The notes beneath the pieces were generated by a model, which saw nothing but the letters and a program-made list of their open reading frames with translations, was not told the origin of the DNA and made no database searches. From contig NC_087447.1 in assembly GCF_036321535.1 (NCBI RefSeq), forward strand, positions 41,976,001 to 42,040,000: a DNA stretch of 64,000 nt, in the 5' to 3' direction. Both the position numbers and the translations under genes were made by a program. The stretch comes from Camelus dromedarius (Eukaryota). Each line of letters opens with the position of its first letter. Within the stretch, counting starts at the first letter, position 1. Of the stretch, positions 26,353 through 40,530 are shown in pieces.

Positions 26353-27727
26353 AGAAAAGTGGTTAATTCTTTTTTTTCCTGTTTTATTATGTAGGATTAC
26401 TACAGTTTGACTGCACATACACATTATATTGCATGTAAATACATATAAACAGTATACTGCGCATTTTCTTAGTTTTCATATATGTACTAATTATTGTTTC
26501 TAAGAACAGATTAGATCTTTAGCTTTTTAAACTTACGTAGTTATCTAATGAATAAAGCCAACTACAAAATAAGAATCAGCGGAATGTGTTAATCCAGTCA
26601 TAAAGGACAGTCAAATGTGCTTACACATATTCAAGAAATCAAAATAATAATTAGTTCATTTGTATCCTTATTATTAATGTTACTGTTTTTTAGGTTCTTC
26701 ATATAAGTGATGTCATATGGCATTTTTCTTTGTCTTTCCAGCCCACTTCACTTTGAATGACAGTCTTCAAGTCCATCCATATTGCTGCACATGGCATTAT
26801 TTTATTCTTTTTCATGGCTAAGTAGTGTTCCATTGTATTTATGTACCACATCTTCTTTATCCAGTCATCTGTTGATGGACATTTGGGGTGTTTCCATGTT
26901 TTGGCTGTCGTAAATAGTGCTACTATGAACATTGGGATGCATGCGTCTTTTTGAATTTTTATTTTTCTGTGGATATATGCCCAGGAGTAGGATTGCTGGA
27001 TCATGTGGTAAATCTATTTTCAGTTTTTTAAGGAACCTCCCTACTGTCCTCTATAGTGGCTGCACCAACCTACATTCCCACCAACAGTGTAGGAGGGTTT
27101 CCTTTTCTCCACACCCCCTCTAGCATCTATCATTTGTAGACTTTTCAATGATGGCCATTCTGGCTAGTGTGAAGTGATACCTCATTGTAATTTTGGTCTT
27201 CATTTCTCTGACAATTAGCGATGCTGAGCATTTTTTCATGTGCCTATTGGCCATTTGTATGTCTTCATTGGAGAATTGCTTGTTTAGGTCTTCTGCCCAT
27301 TTTTGGACTGGGTTGCTTGTTGCTTTGATATTAAGATGTATGAGCTGTTTGTGTGTTTTGGAAATTAGTCCCTTGTCAGTCACATCATTTGCAAATATTT
27401 TCTCCCATTCTGTAAGTTGTCTTTTCATTTTGTTGATGGTATCCTTAGCTGTGCAAAAGATTTCAATTTTAATTAGATCCCATTTGTTTTTGCTTTTAAT
27501 TCCAATACTCCAGGAGCTGGTTCAAAAAATATATTGCTGTAGTGTATGTCTGCGAGTGTTCTGCCTATGTTTTCCTCTAGGAGTTTTATAGTATCTGGTC
27601 TTACACTTAGACCTTTAATCCATTTTGAGTTCATTTTTGTACATGGTATTATGGAATGTTCTAATTTCAGTCTTTTACAGGTAGCTGCCCAGTTTTCCCA
27701 GCACCAGAAAAGTGGTTAATTCTTTTT
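26353..27727 (-). mobile_element. 5'-truncated LINE-1 (L1 body ~26645-27705) with an atypical 3' segment, bounded by a long TSD
   Basis: ORFs 26699..27004 and 27120..27428 are L1 ORF2p C-terminal pieces. TSD agaaaagtggttaattcttttt at 26353 and 27706. Confidence 0.92.
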
Positions 27728-27970
27728 TTTTTTAAAGTCTTTTTTTTTTTAATTGAAGTACAGTCAGTTACAGTGTATCGACTTCTGGTATACAGCACAA
27801 TGTCCCAGTCATGTATATACATATATATATATTCATTTTCATATTCTTTTTCATTAAGGATTATTATAAAATATTGAATATAGTTCCCTGTGCTATACAG
27901 AAGAAACTTGGGGTTTTTTATGTATATATATATTTTTTTATTGAAGTATAGTCAGTTTATAATGTTGTAC
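27728..27970 (-). mobile_element. Two stacked L1 3'-end stubs (camelid-like tail ~27740-27925; ~40-nt tail ~27933-27970)
   Basis: 'ttttaattgaagtacagtcagttacag...ttccctgtgctatacagaagaaac' followed by 'ttttttattgaagtatagtcagtttataatgttgt'. Confidence 0.85.
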
Positions 27971-29134
27971 AAGTGTTTAAATCTTGATTTAGCTCAGAAA
28001 ACACATAGGAGGGTCTAAGTAGGAAGTCAGAAACTGGACCCAGACTGCAGTGCCTCCCATAGGGCTCGAGCAGATAGGAACCCTCCTGGAACAGAGTTCT
28101 TGTGAGTCATGTGTATTTTGTGCCCCGCAGCTCTGCGACAAACACTTGTCCTCATTTTGATTATGCTCTAGGAGAAGTGAAATCTGCAACCTTGGGTTAA
28201 GGAGCAAGTGTGCCGCCAAAATTACAGGAGGAAAATGCAGGGTTGGAGAGTGAGCTTCCTACTGAAAAGAGCAGTAGGAAGGCTAATACGATACAGCAGA
28301 AATTCCTACCCCCAACCCACTTCCTTTTGTTTCTTTTTCGTACATTTGAGTTCACGAATAAGATCGCATTTGAATAAAAGCTAAAATTACATTTTAAAAA
28401 AAGATTTGAAACCCATTCCATCTTTAAATGGTCCAGAGCACTTCACCAAAAAGTTTGTTGAATTAAATTGATTATCCCGTGTTCAGTACAAGAGCCCAAG
28501 TCCCCTGATTCCAGAACATACATTGCTCTAAATGAGCTCTAATCCTTTTGCCTGGATTCATGACTCTCAATTCTGCTACATATTAGAATCACCTGGAGTG
28601 CTTTTAAAGCCAACAGATGGCAAAACTCCCATCAAAGTTCAGTTGAAATCAAAAATCTCTGGGGCTGAGACCTGGACATGTCTTAAAAGTTCCACAGTTG
28701 GACTGAGGTCTTTGAAGGTCGCAAAACCCTGAGACTCTGGTCATTAACTTTTGTGAAAATGCTGATGATGTCTAACATAGCTTAATAACATACTTTACAA
28801 GTAGGCACTGGTTGTAAAGACAGTACCTCCAGGTTGGAGGGAGGGAAACACTGAGATTTTTGGGTCCAAAAATTAATTTCAAGCCCTTTTCCCAGATCTA
28901 TAAGTTTGTCTATAAGACAAGTTAATGAAAAATGAGGGACACCTACCTTAACTCATCATACCTACTGATTCAAATCAATAAGTATTTATTCAGCTCTTTC
29001 TTTATGTCCACAACCCTTTGGTAGGCTAAATGAGGAGCCTCAAAATAGAATATCTAGCCTCTCTGCCTTTGAGGAACTTACGATATATTATGATTATTGA
29101 GTTGGAAGAAAAGAACTTATAGAATGGGATGGAT

Positions 29135-29375
29135 AATAATACCTAGCATTGATTGAACACTCCCTAGGTACTAGACACTGTACTGAGCACTTTCCATATA
29201 CCGTGCCACTGAATGCTCATAGTCATAATATTGAAGGGTTATGAGATTAAAAATCCTACTTATATCTTCATTTAACAGATGAAGAAAGTGAAGCACAGAA
29301 AAATTAAGTAATTTACCGAGAGTTATTTAAACTCAAGTAGTCTGAGTCCAGAACCCATTCTCCTAACCATTAGTC
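29135..29375 (-). mobile_element. MIR SINE
   Basis: 'catttaacagatgaagaaagtgaagcacagaaaaattaagtaatttacc'. Confidence 0.75.
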
Positions 29376-31499
29376 AACTGATAAAGTAGTGAAAGACAAT
29401 GAAATGGTGGTTTTTAAGCTACTAACTTTTGAGCTGTTACTTTTATCCAGAAAATACATAACAAAAATACTGCTACATAGTCAGTGTTATGTAAGTGTTA
29501 GCTACTATTGTTATCATTATGTAGATCTCCGCCAAGTTCTGACATCCAGATATGATCAATAAGGAGCTATCATAGATATTTGGGTAAGAGGACCAATATA
29601 AATTATACAATTTTTATTAACTTTGCAGTGGAATATGACTGAAAAGAAATATTGATTAGTGTGAGAAAAGATATTTTCAAGAACTGCTTTAGAAGTTTAA
29701 TAAAAATGAAACACCATATCTGGAAGTGCTTATCAGTGGTCCCATGCTAAACCACTTCATAAAGTACAAATGTCTGCTGAAATCATGCAGTTGATACCTT
29801 ATGTGATTCGGGATGTGTCACCATTAATAATTCTTGTTCTTCCTCTTGGTTACAATCAAAATTTTACTGACTTCATCCCTTCATCCTGATACCTCTGAAT
29901 TTTGTAAGAAATTTTTCATAAAACAATAATAAAAGTACTAATTCATAGTTCTCAGAAGTTAACAAATAATGAAGAGGTTTGGTTTTGCTCAAGCAAGCCC
30001 TAGAATACTCTTTCTGAAATGTTCTCTGGCTGCCGTGTGCATTTGTGCTATCTCTCAAGGAGATATTTGTATTAGGACCAGAATTTTTGTCTATTTACTA
30101 AGTAATTCATTTCTCAGTTGCATGTTTGATGACTTAACTCATTATGTTATTAAGATCTGTGGTGTTATAAGGAAAGCTGTGGAAAAACAACACACTTTGC
30201 TTTATTGTTTTTCTTATGAAATGAATTCATTTGTTTAATTGTAGGGTAGGGGTGAGGGTAGACTTGCAAAGACTATACTTGGCCAAAGCTGAAATCTGTG
30301 ATCTTTTCCATTCAAGAAAGTTAACTAAAGCTGACATAACTTCTGGGAGGTGCTTTGCAGCTGACATCTGGGCATGCCCCATGCCAAGTGTTATCATGAG
30401 AAATTGGTCCACCAGGAGTGGAATTTGAATCCTCTAGAAAATTGAGTTAAAATTATCTGGATTGTGTTGCCTTTTTTGGAATTAACAAACTTAAAATTTT
30501 TACAGCATAACTCTCTCTCTAGTGGGATGCTGTGTCACAATTGGCAGTTACTTCTTCCTAACACAACTCTATGCTGTTTCAGTGGCTTCATCCCAATGTT
30601 TTAAACCTTATAAATGACAGCACACTTTAGAATTACCATCCCAGCCCCCAGCAGATTGTTAAACATATCTTTGGTGCTTTGTTTGGTGTTGTAGTATAAT
30701 TTATCCTTAGGTGCCAGTGCTGTGCAGAGAGCCTCTTTCCAAACACAAATCTTATTTTATGTAAACATTGCTTCAGTTTATTTATATCTTTTATCTGTCA
30801 TCCTGCTTTTCTTCTTGGTCTTGAAAATAATGAGATTCTATATCCAAAAATGCTTTAGGAAAGCCTACTATGCCATAGAAGGTGAAGGAGCTTTATTTAC
30901 ATCTTTATGTTTATGATTGACATTTGTGTAATCTTAAAACACCACTGACCCCAGATCTTTTTGTTTTCCATGGGCAAGCACTTGCCAAAGGCAATAAAAA
31001 CACTAAGGCACACATCTCACAGGATGGAAGAAAGTGAACTATGAATATTTGCTATTCCTTCTCCTCCTTAAATTTGAAAATCAAACTTCTTGTTATTTAA
31101 GTCGTTGACTAATATGTTGAAAAGAGCAGAACTTCATCATAAGCAGGCCATTTGACACTTACTTTTAGGATAGTGTCAATCTACTTAGTCATTAGATGTG
31201 GAGAATATAACAGGAAAGGTAATTTGGAATCTAATCACAGAATGCCTACAGTGTCATGTTAAGGAGTTTAGATTAATTTTACTATCTAGTCACTAACAAG
31301 CATGCAATAGAATACTCCAGAACAGGGCAGTGACCTGAGTGTGTTTCAGAAACTTAACAGCAGTGTAGAAGATGTTCAGGAGGATTGACCAATTGGAGGA
31401 ACAGAGACCACTTAGGAGGCTATGTAACAGGCCAGTGTTGATTAGAGTACTTAGGGAAAGATCCACATAGAAAGTTATCTATAGTATGTTTGCTTTTAG

Positions 31500-31790
31500 C
31501 AAGGGATACAAACCAAATGCCTGTGGAGGCCAAACAAGGCAGATGAGTTAAGCAGGCCAAACGAATGAGTGCAGCCCCTACTCAGCTCCAGCAGCTGTCA
31601 CTGTGCAAGAATGCAAGGACACTGTTACCATGTCTTTCAGTTTTTCAAGAGAAGTTGGAAATTGAGCTTTTATGTAGTCTATTCATTTTTAAGTGTTGGC
31701 TTAATTTTTTTTAAACCCTGGGCAGCCAAAAAATGAAACATATCTGCAGCCACACGCAGCTAATAGGATGCTAGCTTTAAACCTGTAGCT
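31500..31790. mobile_element. hAT-Charlie-type MITE relic (MER102-like)
   Basis: 'caaaccaaatgcctgtggaggcc...ctactcagctccagc...tttttcaagagaag'; similar to the 24890 copy. Confidence 0.45.
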
Positions 31791-33123
31791 TTTAGCATCT
31801 TTGGTTGTGAATTCTTGTTGTTTGCATAGTAGGGAAAGGCCTAAGGACAGAAATTAGAAACCTTTTGGTGAGGTGCAGCCTGATAACATAATTGAGAAAA
31901 GAATGGAAAATGCAAAACTTATGACTCTCTTTGTGTGTAATGAAAGCAAAGAATTTATTAATAACTTGTCCCTAAAGAGCACTTTATAAATAGATTGTTT
32001 TTCTAGTTTAATTTTGCTTAGGTAGCACTGTTTCCTTCTTATTAGTCAGCATTGTTAGCATTTTTGAGAAATCATAGATTTGATGGAGACTTGTGGAGGA
32101 GCTGCTGAATTACAGAAGAAGTTATTACAGCAGAAAATAAATTACGTGGTGCTATAAATACTTAACTCAGTGACTCAGCAAATTCCCTTTATGTCCAAAG
32201 GGGAACATTTTGTACCTAACTTACGACGTCTGTTTTTAATTTCTGCAGCTTTGCAGTTGTCCCTGTTTGTCACTGATAGATTTTTATATGATGTGAGAGG
32301 CAAAAAGATAAAGAGAGACCCCTTTCAGAGGGAGATTTAAGTATTGGGGAAATGAAAGCAGAGGGAACCCTCAGTCATAGGAGTGCTTTAGTACTGATGG
32401 AAGAGGATTACCAGGAAGAAGTCAGAGAACGATCTGGAATGACTGTGAGAAATTAAATAGTTTTATTATACTCTTGGGTAACATCTCCAGCTAATAAAAT
32501 TAGAATGAAAATTGTAATATTAGAGGCAAACCCCTAGAAAATATGTAATTAACTTTTTTAGAATTCAGCGAGCATTCTACATATCTGCAATGCCCATATT
32601 TAAGATACTTCAACCAGACATTTGAATTGATGCCAAGATGTGCCAAAGATGGTCTCTGCCCTCAACGGCTCTTAAGAGAGGGACGATATGTACACAAAAC
32701 TTTTAAGTAATTTATGTCTAATTGATTAATAGTTTAATGCTTAGTTTTTAAAACCTAATTAAAAAGTTGGCCTTTTGATAAATATTTATTATCATCTCTT
32801 AATGACTGTGTAGAAATAGGAACAATATAGGAACTGATTTCACATAATACATTTTCTTATAAAACAGTAGGGAATTACTTATTTTTAAAAACCCTCTGTA
32901 CTTTGATCATTTTTGTTGTAATACAAATACTTATACTCTTTATTGCTATTACATTTTACCACATTGGCAACTAAAATCTGTCAAAAGTTGTTCTACCTTA
33001 TATAATTCTGAGAGAGGTTCTAACATGGCACTTTAGCACATTCTTGAACAAAAATTGTCCTGAATGTAAAAATAGAATGAAATAATTGTTAGATAAGTAT
33101 AAACAAGGTTCTGTATAAGATAG

Positions 33124-33539
33124 TGTCTTAGTCTGCTCAGGCTGCTGTAGTAAAATACTCACAATGCCATAGACTGGGTGATTTAAACAGCACAAGTTTA
33201 AGGAGACTGGGAATCCAAGATCAGGGTTCCAGCCAATTTGGTTTCTGGTTAAGGACTCTGCTGCCTTGCAGCCACCTCTTGCTAAGTTTTCACAGGGCCT
33301 TACCTTATGCATATATGGAGAGGGGTTGGGGAGGGAAGGGAGAGGGGAAAGCGAGCTGGGACTGGGAGAGAGAGAGCTCTCTAGTATCTCGTCTTATAAG
33401 GACACCAGTCTTACTAGATTAGGGCCTTGACCTTATGACCTTGTTTAACCTTAATTACTTCCTTCAAATACAGCCACACTGAGGGGGCAGTTAGAGCTTT
33501 AACATACGAATTTTAGGGGGATACAAACAGTCCACAACA
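33124..33539 (-). mobile_element. MaLR solo LTR (MLT1A-like)
   Basis: 'tgtcttagtctgctcaggctgct...tcttataaggacaccagtc...cagtccacaaca', TG...CA ends, 5-bp TSD gatag/gatgg. Confidence 0.88.
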
Positions 33540-35417
33540 GATGGGAAAATAGGGAGCCACTAGGAAAAGCATTTTCAAAGAGGTAGCATTTGAATAGGCC
33601 TTTGGAGAATGGGTAGGATTTTTAGCCATTAGAGATTGGAAGGAGAGATTCCAGGTGGAATGAATAGCTTAACCAATGTCCTCCTGGCAGTGAGAAAGCA
33701 AAGGATATGTTCAGCACACAGAGCATTCAGTTCTTTTACCTGCAGGATGACATCTACACAAGTGAGTAGTTCTCAGGAAGTCCAGAAAGAGAAGATGTGG
33801 CCAAATTATTTATTACCTTATAAAACATCATTTTCTGGTTTCAGCACTGCTCTAACTAGCTGTGTGACCTTGGTTATGTCCCTTTGCATCTATATGTCTC
33901 AGCATCCCCATGTGTCAATGAAAAAATTAAACTATTTCTGAGATTTCTTTTAACTTAAGAGTCTATACTTCCAAAAAAAAAAATGATTTAACACATGTGT
34001 TTATGCATGCCTATATACTTTCACATTTGTGCTTTCATACCAGCAGATGTACACACTTCTGCAAGTGTTTGATGATAGGCAGAAAAATCTATTGCCACTT
34101 ATGTATACTGAATTTGAACTCTTACCCCACTGTATATAGTCAGCTTATAATACTGTTTTTCTTCTCAAAAATAGGTTGATCTACCTCTGTCAGATACACA
34201 TCCAACTCAAGAAGGTGTTATCTTTATAAAGAACTTAAGCTAGTAGCTTAGGTGATTCATCAGAGAATATTCTATCAGTCAGAAACATTTCAAGGTCTAA
34301 CCCTAGTATTTACTGCTCTGTAGCCTCCACTTTGCGTGGGCACCAGTTTAGTGAATCACTCTGGCTATCCGTCACTCATTCTCTGAAGACCACAGTTTGA
34401 AAATAAAACCCTTAGAAAATGGAGGCGCTGAAGTAACAGTTGCAGTTACTTCACCCACAGTTGACTCTACTGTAGATGCAACCTACAATTTGAATCTTTA
34501 TTTGGTCATTGACAGAGAGCCTTAAGTTTTCGAGTCAGAATTTCAGTAAAATTCAGAAATTTAGGCCCTGAGATACTGATTTTGTTGTTTGTAAGGATGC
34601 TTTCAAGACTTACTTTGCTTTTCATAATTCTAACAAAATAATTTAATTTGTGTGCATCTGTGTGTCTGGAAGAGTTGAGTAGGTAGAAACTAAAAATGGA
34701 AAAGATGTGTCTCAGAGTTCTAATTCAATAGTACTGTGATTTCTGCTTTCATCCAGTAAGTAGAAATTAGTGTAAGGAAGTTCATTTTCCTTAAATTATT
34801 TACTTGGTAATAAAATTCAAGTTAAAAATCACTTGAAATCAAAGCTTTCTAATTGTGTTTTCCCTCCAAATTCTTTGTCATCAGAATAGTCTCTAAGATA
34901 GTGTTAACACTATCGAAATTTAATCAAGAGGATTAAAATTCACACACGGAAAGACATGTGCTTTTCCAGGGGATACACCTTTACCCTTTTTATCCTAATA
35001 TAGTTGTGAACCAGTACACATAGGACATCTAGAGCTAGATGGCCTTTGCTAGCTTTCTAGATGCCTGACCTGCCTCGCTGCCTCCGCACATCCCTAAAAC
35101 TGCTTACTGTTCCTCTACCCGGGCAGGTGCTTATATTTTCCGGAGATATCCATAACTTCCTATGTGGGCTTCCAGCCATTGCACTGTGACCTTGTGCAGC
35201 TATGCCTCTGCCCCACAAATCCTTGAGCCCCTGGCTGCTGCTACTATTTATAAGTACATGTTTACATGTTGAATCTTCCCACCTCCATGGGGCAATGCTA
35301 ACCTGAAATGAAATTATCACAGTACACCATAATCTTCGTACTTTTGCTTTCATAACATACTTTCTGAATTATCAGACTGTGGTGAATGACTACTACCATT
35401 CATGATTGTGAGCTCAT

Positions 35418-36506
35418 TTTTTTTCTATTTTTATTGTGGTAAAACACATCTAACATAAAATTTATCATCTTAACCATTTTAAGTGTATAGTTCAGTGGTA
35501 TAAAATACATTCACATTGTTGTGCAACTGTCACCACATCCATCTCCATAACTCTTTTCATGTTGTAAAACTGAAACTCTATACCTATTAAACAGTAATTC
35601 ACCATTCACCTCTCTCCCTGTCCCCTGGTAACCACCATTATATTTTCTGTCTTTATGATTTTGAATGCTATAAGTACCTCATATAAGTGGGCTCATACAG
35701 TATTTGTCTTTCTGTGACTGGCTTCTTTCACTTAGCATGATATCCTCAAGGTTCATCCATGTTATAGCATATTGCAGAATTTCCTTCCTTTTTAAGGCTA
35801 AATAATATTCCATTGTATGTATATACTAAGTTTTGCTTATCTGTTCATTAGTCAAAGGACACTTGAGTTGCTTTGATGTTTTAGCTATTGTGAATAATGC
35901 AGCTAAGAACATGGTTGCATAGATATCTTTTTAAGAATCAGTTTTTAGTACTTTCAAAGTGGAATTTCTGGATCATATGGTAATTCTATTTTTAATGTGT
36001 TAAGGAATTACCATACTGTTTCTTCAGGAGTTGTATCATTTTACATTCCCACCAACAGTGTATAAGGATTCCCCTTTCTCTGTATCCTCACCAACACTTG
36101 TTATTTTCCGGGTTTTTTGAAAGTAGCCATCCTAGTGGATGTGAGGTAATATCTCCTGTCGTTTTGATTTGCATTTCCCTAATAGTAATGTTAACATCTT
36201 TTCATGTGCTTATTGGTCGTTTGTATATTCTTTGGAGAAATGTCTGTTCCAAGCCTTTGCCCATTTTTAATCGAGTTGTTTTGTTGTTGAGTTTTAGAAG
36301 TTCTCTATATATTCTGGATATTAATCCCTTATTAGATACATGATTTGCAAATATTTTCTCCCATTGTGTGGGTTGCCTTTTTATTTTGTGGATAGTGCTT
36401 TTGATGCACAGAATTTTTAATTTCATGAAGTCCAGTCTTTTTTTTTTCTTTTGTTACCTGTATCTTTAATGCCATATCTAAGAAATATTGCCAAATCCAA
36501 TGTCAC
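35418..36506 (-). mobile_element. 5'-truncated L1MB-like LINE-1
   Basis: 'ttttattgtggtaaaacacatctaacataaaatttatcatcttaacc'. ORF 36202..36426 (KRQPTQWEKIFANH) is L1 ORF2p. Confidence 0.9.
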
Positions 36507-37807
36507 AATAGTTGTATACTGCACTAATTAATATCTCTTCAGACCTTCGTGGCACACTATAAAAATTACTGTTTAGTGTTTGCTTCAGGTCACTGAAAAG
36601 AGTCCCCAAGACCTAGAAAGGAGATTTTCCTTTCATATCTGATAACATGCTAAGAATCATTAGCATCACTAAAGCCATTTTCAGAGTAGCTAATCTATTA
36701 TTTTTATCTAGGAACACTATTCAGTTTCATCAGTGGATGAATGAGTTACTTTAGAACGTGTGCTATTTTGGGCAAATGTTTGTCTTTGTCACTCCAGCTC
36801 TGGAATTTGCCAAGCCAGTAGGGCTTGGGCTTTGGAACCAATAGTTGCCAGTGCCTCTTCCACCCTCACTTGTTACACCATTGCCTTGTTATGAAAGTGC
36901 AGCTCTCTCACTCTAGATCAGTTTGCTTAGAAGGTTGCCTTTGCTCCAGGAGGAATTTTGTACGTACTAATGAACAAAGAGAAAGAAACAGTATAGATCA
37001 TCTACTCTGAACAGTAAAAGCCAAGGGAATGGTGCCTTGTGAATCAGACTTCAGTTAATGGGTATCTTTATAGAAATAGATCCTACTGACAGAGATGCAT
37101 TAGAGATTGCATAATAGATTGAGGCCAAATCAAAGAATTTTAATACCCAGCAGAATGTTACAATATCCTGGTTAATTTTTTTTTCTAATTAACCTGGGAT
37201 GAAAACCTTAAACATTTCATGTCAAGTCACATAATTGAAAATCTTATTTTGGACCACTTTGCTGCTTTGATCAATACAGTAAAATAAGCACAATTGGCTA
37301 AACCTTTAATTTTGGAGTTTTCTAGGATGTTGAGTTTATTATTTAAAATATAATTCTTACCTAAGAATAGAGATTCTGGAAGTAAAGTTTCAATAAACTG
37401 CTGAATCTTAGCTGAGCCTAAGATGTACTCTGGCAAGTTTGGAGTTTGAATTTGTCATTTTTCTGAAATCTGTCAAGTACTAGGGGTAAATACTGTAGCT
37501 GTGGTTGGTAGACAGTAAAAACTCTACATAACATAATAGAGATTTATTTCAAGGGCCCACATATTTTGTAAGAATGATGAAAGAACTTTAGCATCTACTT
37601 TAAGATTATTATAATAGGAGTTGACCCATCCACTAACTTACTCTAAACATATTTCTTTTCCTTATCTCAATTTACATATTTATAAAACAAATTTCAAAAG
37701 AACATTCTCTGAGAGGCAACTAATGAAGATTATTTTCTATTTAATTTTATTCTCTATATAATAACCATGATTTAAAGTGTTTTCTAGTTTAAGACTTTTC
37801 AAAGTTT

Positions 37808-37865
37808 TATATATATATATATGTGTGTGTGTGTATATATATGTGTGTGTATATATATATATATA
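37808..37865. repeat. Compound (TA)n/(TG)n microsatellite
   Basis: Read directly from the sequence. Confidence 0.9.
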
Positions 37866-40530
37866 AAATTAAGAAATACATAGATTATGTGGTTTATAAC
37901 AAGAAACAAAGGTCCCTGCCTTACTTCCAAGATCTACTTTCTAGAGACAGCTATGTTCAGTTGTTCAGGTGTTTCTTTTGCTTTTTGGCTTAGAGTTTCT
38001 AACTAACATGCTTTTACTGCTATTTCTTAATTTTACAATGCTAGATACTATCAGTTGACTTAGAATGTGAAAATTTAGATCTCTTAATTTCATCACCATA
38101 CCACCACTACATATTCTTACTTGTGAATCCCCTCCCTCCTTCCTTTCCACACAATACCCTACGCATGTTAAAGAGCCTGGGCCTGTGATTTCTAATCCTT
38201 TTTATGTGGCCCATTTTTCCCTTGTGCTGCTCTACAGTGTTCTCCTTTAAGGATTAAGTGTTCATAGTGATATACCTTAATGTGGTTCCTTTTTGATTCA
38301 GTGTGCTAGGCATGAGATGGCTCTTTCAATTTGAAAATCCATGCCCTTTTGTTTGTTTATTTATTTTATCATCTCAATTTTGTCTGTTTCTCTTTCTAGA
38401 ACTACTACTACTTGTTGGATACTAACTCCTAGACTAGTACTCTATTTTTCTCCAATATTTTAGTATGAAATTTTCAAACAGAGAAAAAAACTTTTAATTT
38501 ACAGTGGGCAACCATAAATCTGCCATCTAGAGTTTACTGTTAACATTTTTCTGTCCTTTATTTATACATACCTATTCATCTACCAGTCCGTCTATCAAAG
38601 CATCTATCAATATATTGATGTGTTTCAGAGCAAAGTATACTCAACATATAATTCCAGTGCCTCATCATGTACATTATTTACTGAAGTTTGTAGTTAGAAT
38701 TGTAACTCGAGGTTGGTTACATTTTCTTCTTTTGAGGTAAAATTTATATACAATGAAATGTTTAAAACTTATGTGTACATTTACTAAGTTTTTTTTTAGT
38801 TGCTTTATTAAGGTATAATCAACATATATTAAACTATACATAAACTGTACAATTTGATTTGATAAGTTTTGACAAACACACACATACCCCCATGGAACCA
38901 TTACCGCAATCAATATAGTGAATATATTCATTACCCCCAGAAGTTTCCTCATGTTCCATTGTAATCTCTCCATCTCATCTAACCTTCACCCCCATCCCCA
39001 GGAAACTGCTGATTAACTTTCTGTCACTATAGAGTTTGCATATTCTATAGTTATATATAAATGTAGTATACACATTATATAGTATATCTTTTTTGTCTAA
39101 CTTACTCATTCAGCATAATTATCTTGAGATTCATCTGTGTTGTTGCATGTATCATCAGTTTATTCATTTTTATAGCTGAGTGGTACTTCATTGTTAAAAA
39201 AAAACACACACACACAATTTGTTAATCCATTAACCTAGTTGGTGAACACTTGAGTTGTTTCCAGATTTAGGCCATTACAAATAAAGCTACTATGAATAGT
39301 TCTAAACAAGTCTTTGTATAGACATACATTTCATTTTTTTCTTGGGTAATTACTTAAGAACTGAGTGGCTGAATCATATGGTAGATGTATATTTAATTTT
39401 TTAAGAAATGCCCAGACTTTTTCCCAAAGTGCTAGCATTTATATTCCTTTCAGCAGCAAATGAGAATTCTAGTTCCTCCACATGCTAATGTCAATTCTTT
39501 TAATTTTAGCCATCCTAATAAATGTGTAGTGATGTCTCGTTGTGATTTTTATTTGCATTTCCCTAATTATTAATAATATTGAGAGTCTTTTCATTTGCTT
39601 ATTTGGCTTCTGTTTATCATCTTTGGTAAAGTTTCTGTTCAGGTATCTTACCTATCTTTTAAAGCTGGATTGTTTGTTTTCTTGTTGTTGAGTTTTGAGA
39701 GTTCTTTACATATTCTGGATATAAGTCCATAGTGGGTATATGATTTGCAAATATTTTTTCTTAGTCTGTGACTTGTCTTTTTATTCTCTTAACAGTGTCT
39801 TAAAATCCAGGTGTCCAATATATGAAATCTTTGTCTAGCCCAAGGCCACAAAAATTGTTTCACTATATTTTCTTCTAGAAGTTTTATGGTATTAGGTTTT
39901 ACATATAAGTCTGTGATTCCTTTTGAGTTAATATCTTTGTATGGTAGTAGATATGATCAAAGATCCAATTGTTATGACACCATTTGTTGCAAAGATTATT
40001 CTTTCTCTACTTAATTGCCAGTGCACCTTTGTCTAAAATCAGTTGTCCATATATGTAGGGGCATCTGTTTCTGGATTCTGTTTTGTTCCATTGATCAATA
40101 TATTTCTCTCTCTTAAACCCATAGCTTTATAATAAAAGTTTAAAAATCAAATGTTGTTAGTCCTCCAGTTTTGTTCTTTTTCGGATTTGTTTTGGCTATT
40201 CTAGGACCTTTGAATTTCCATATGAATTTTAGAATTAGTTTTTCCACTTCTATAGAGAAAAAAAAGCTCCCTGGGATTTGGATTGGGATTGTATTAGATA
40301 AATTTGGAGGAACTGACATTGCAGCAGTACTGAATTTTCCTATCTATGACTGAGATCAATCCCTTCATTTATTTAGGTCTCCTTTAGCTTATCTCAGCTT
40401 TTGCAGTTTTCAGTGTCCAGGTTTTTAACACATTTTTTCAGGTTTAACACCTAAAATATTTTATTTTTTACACTATTATAAATGGTTTTGATTTTATTGT
40501 TTCAGTGTTCATTGCTAGTCCATAGTATTA

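Noticed and set aside
26353..27985. Three spaced direct repeats, superficially like a CRISPR or recombination-site array
   Set aside because: Mammalian intron, irregular spacing and L1 contents; explained as target-site duplications.
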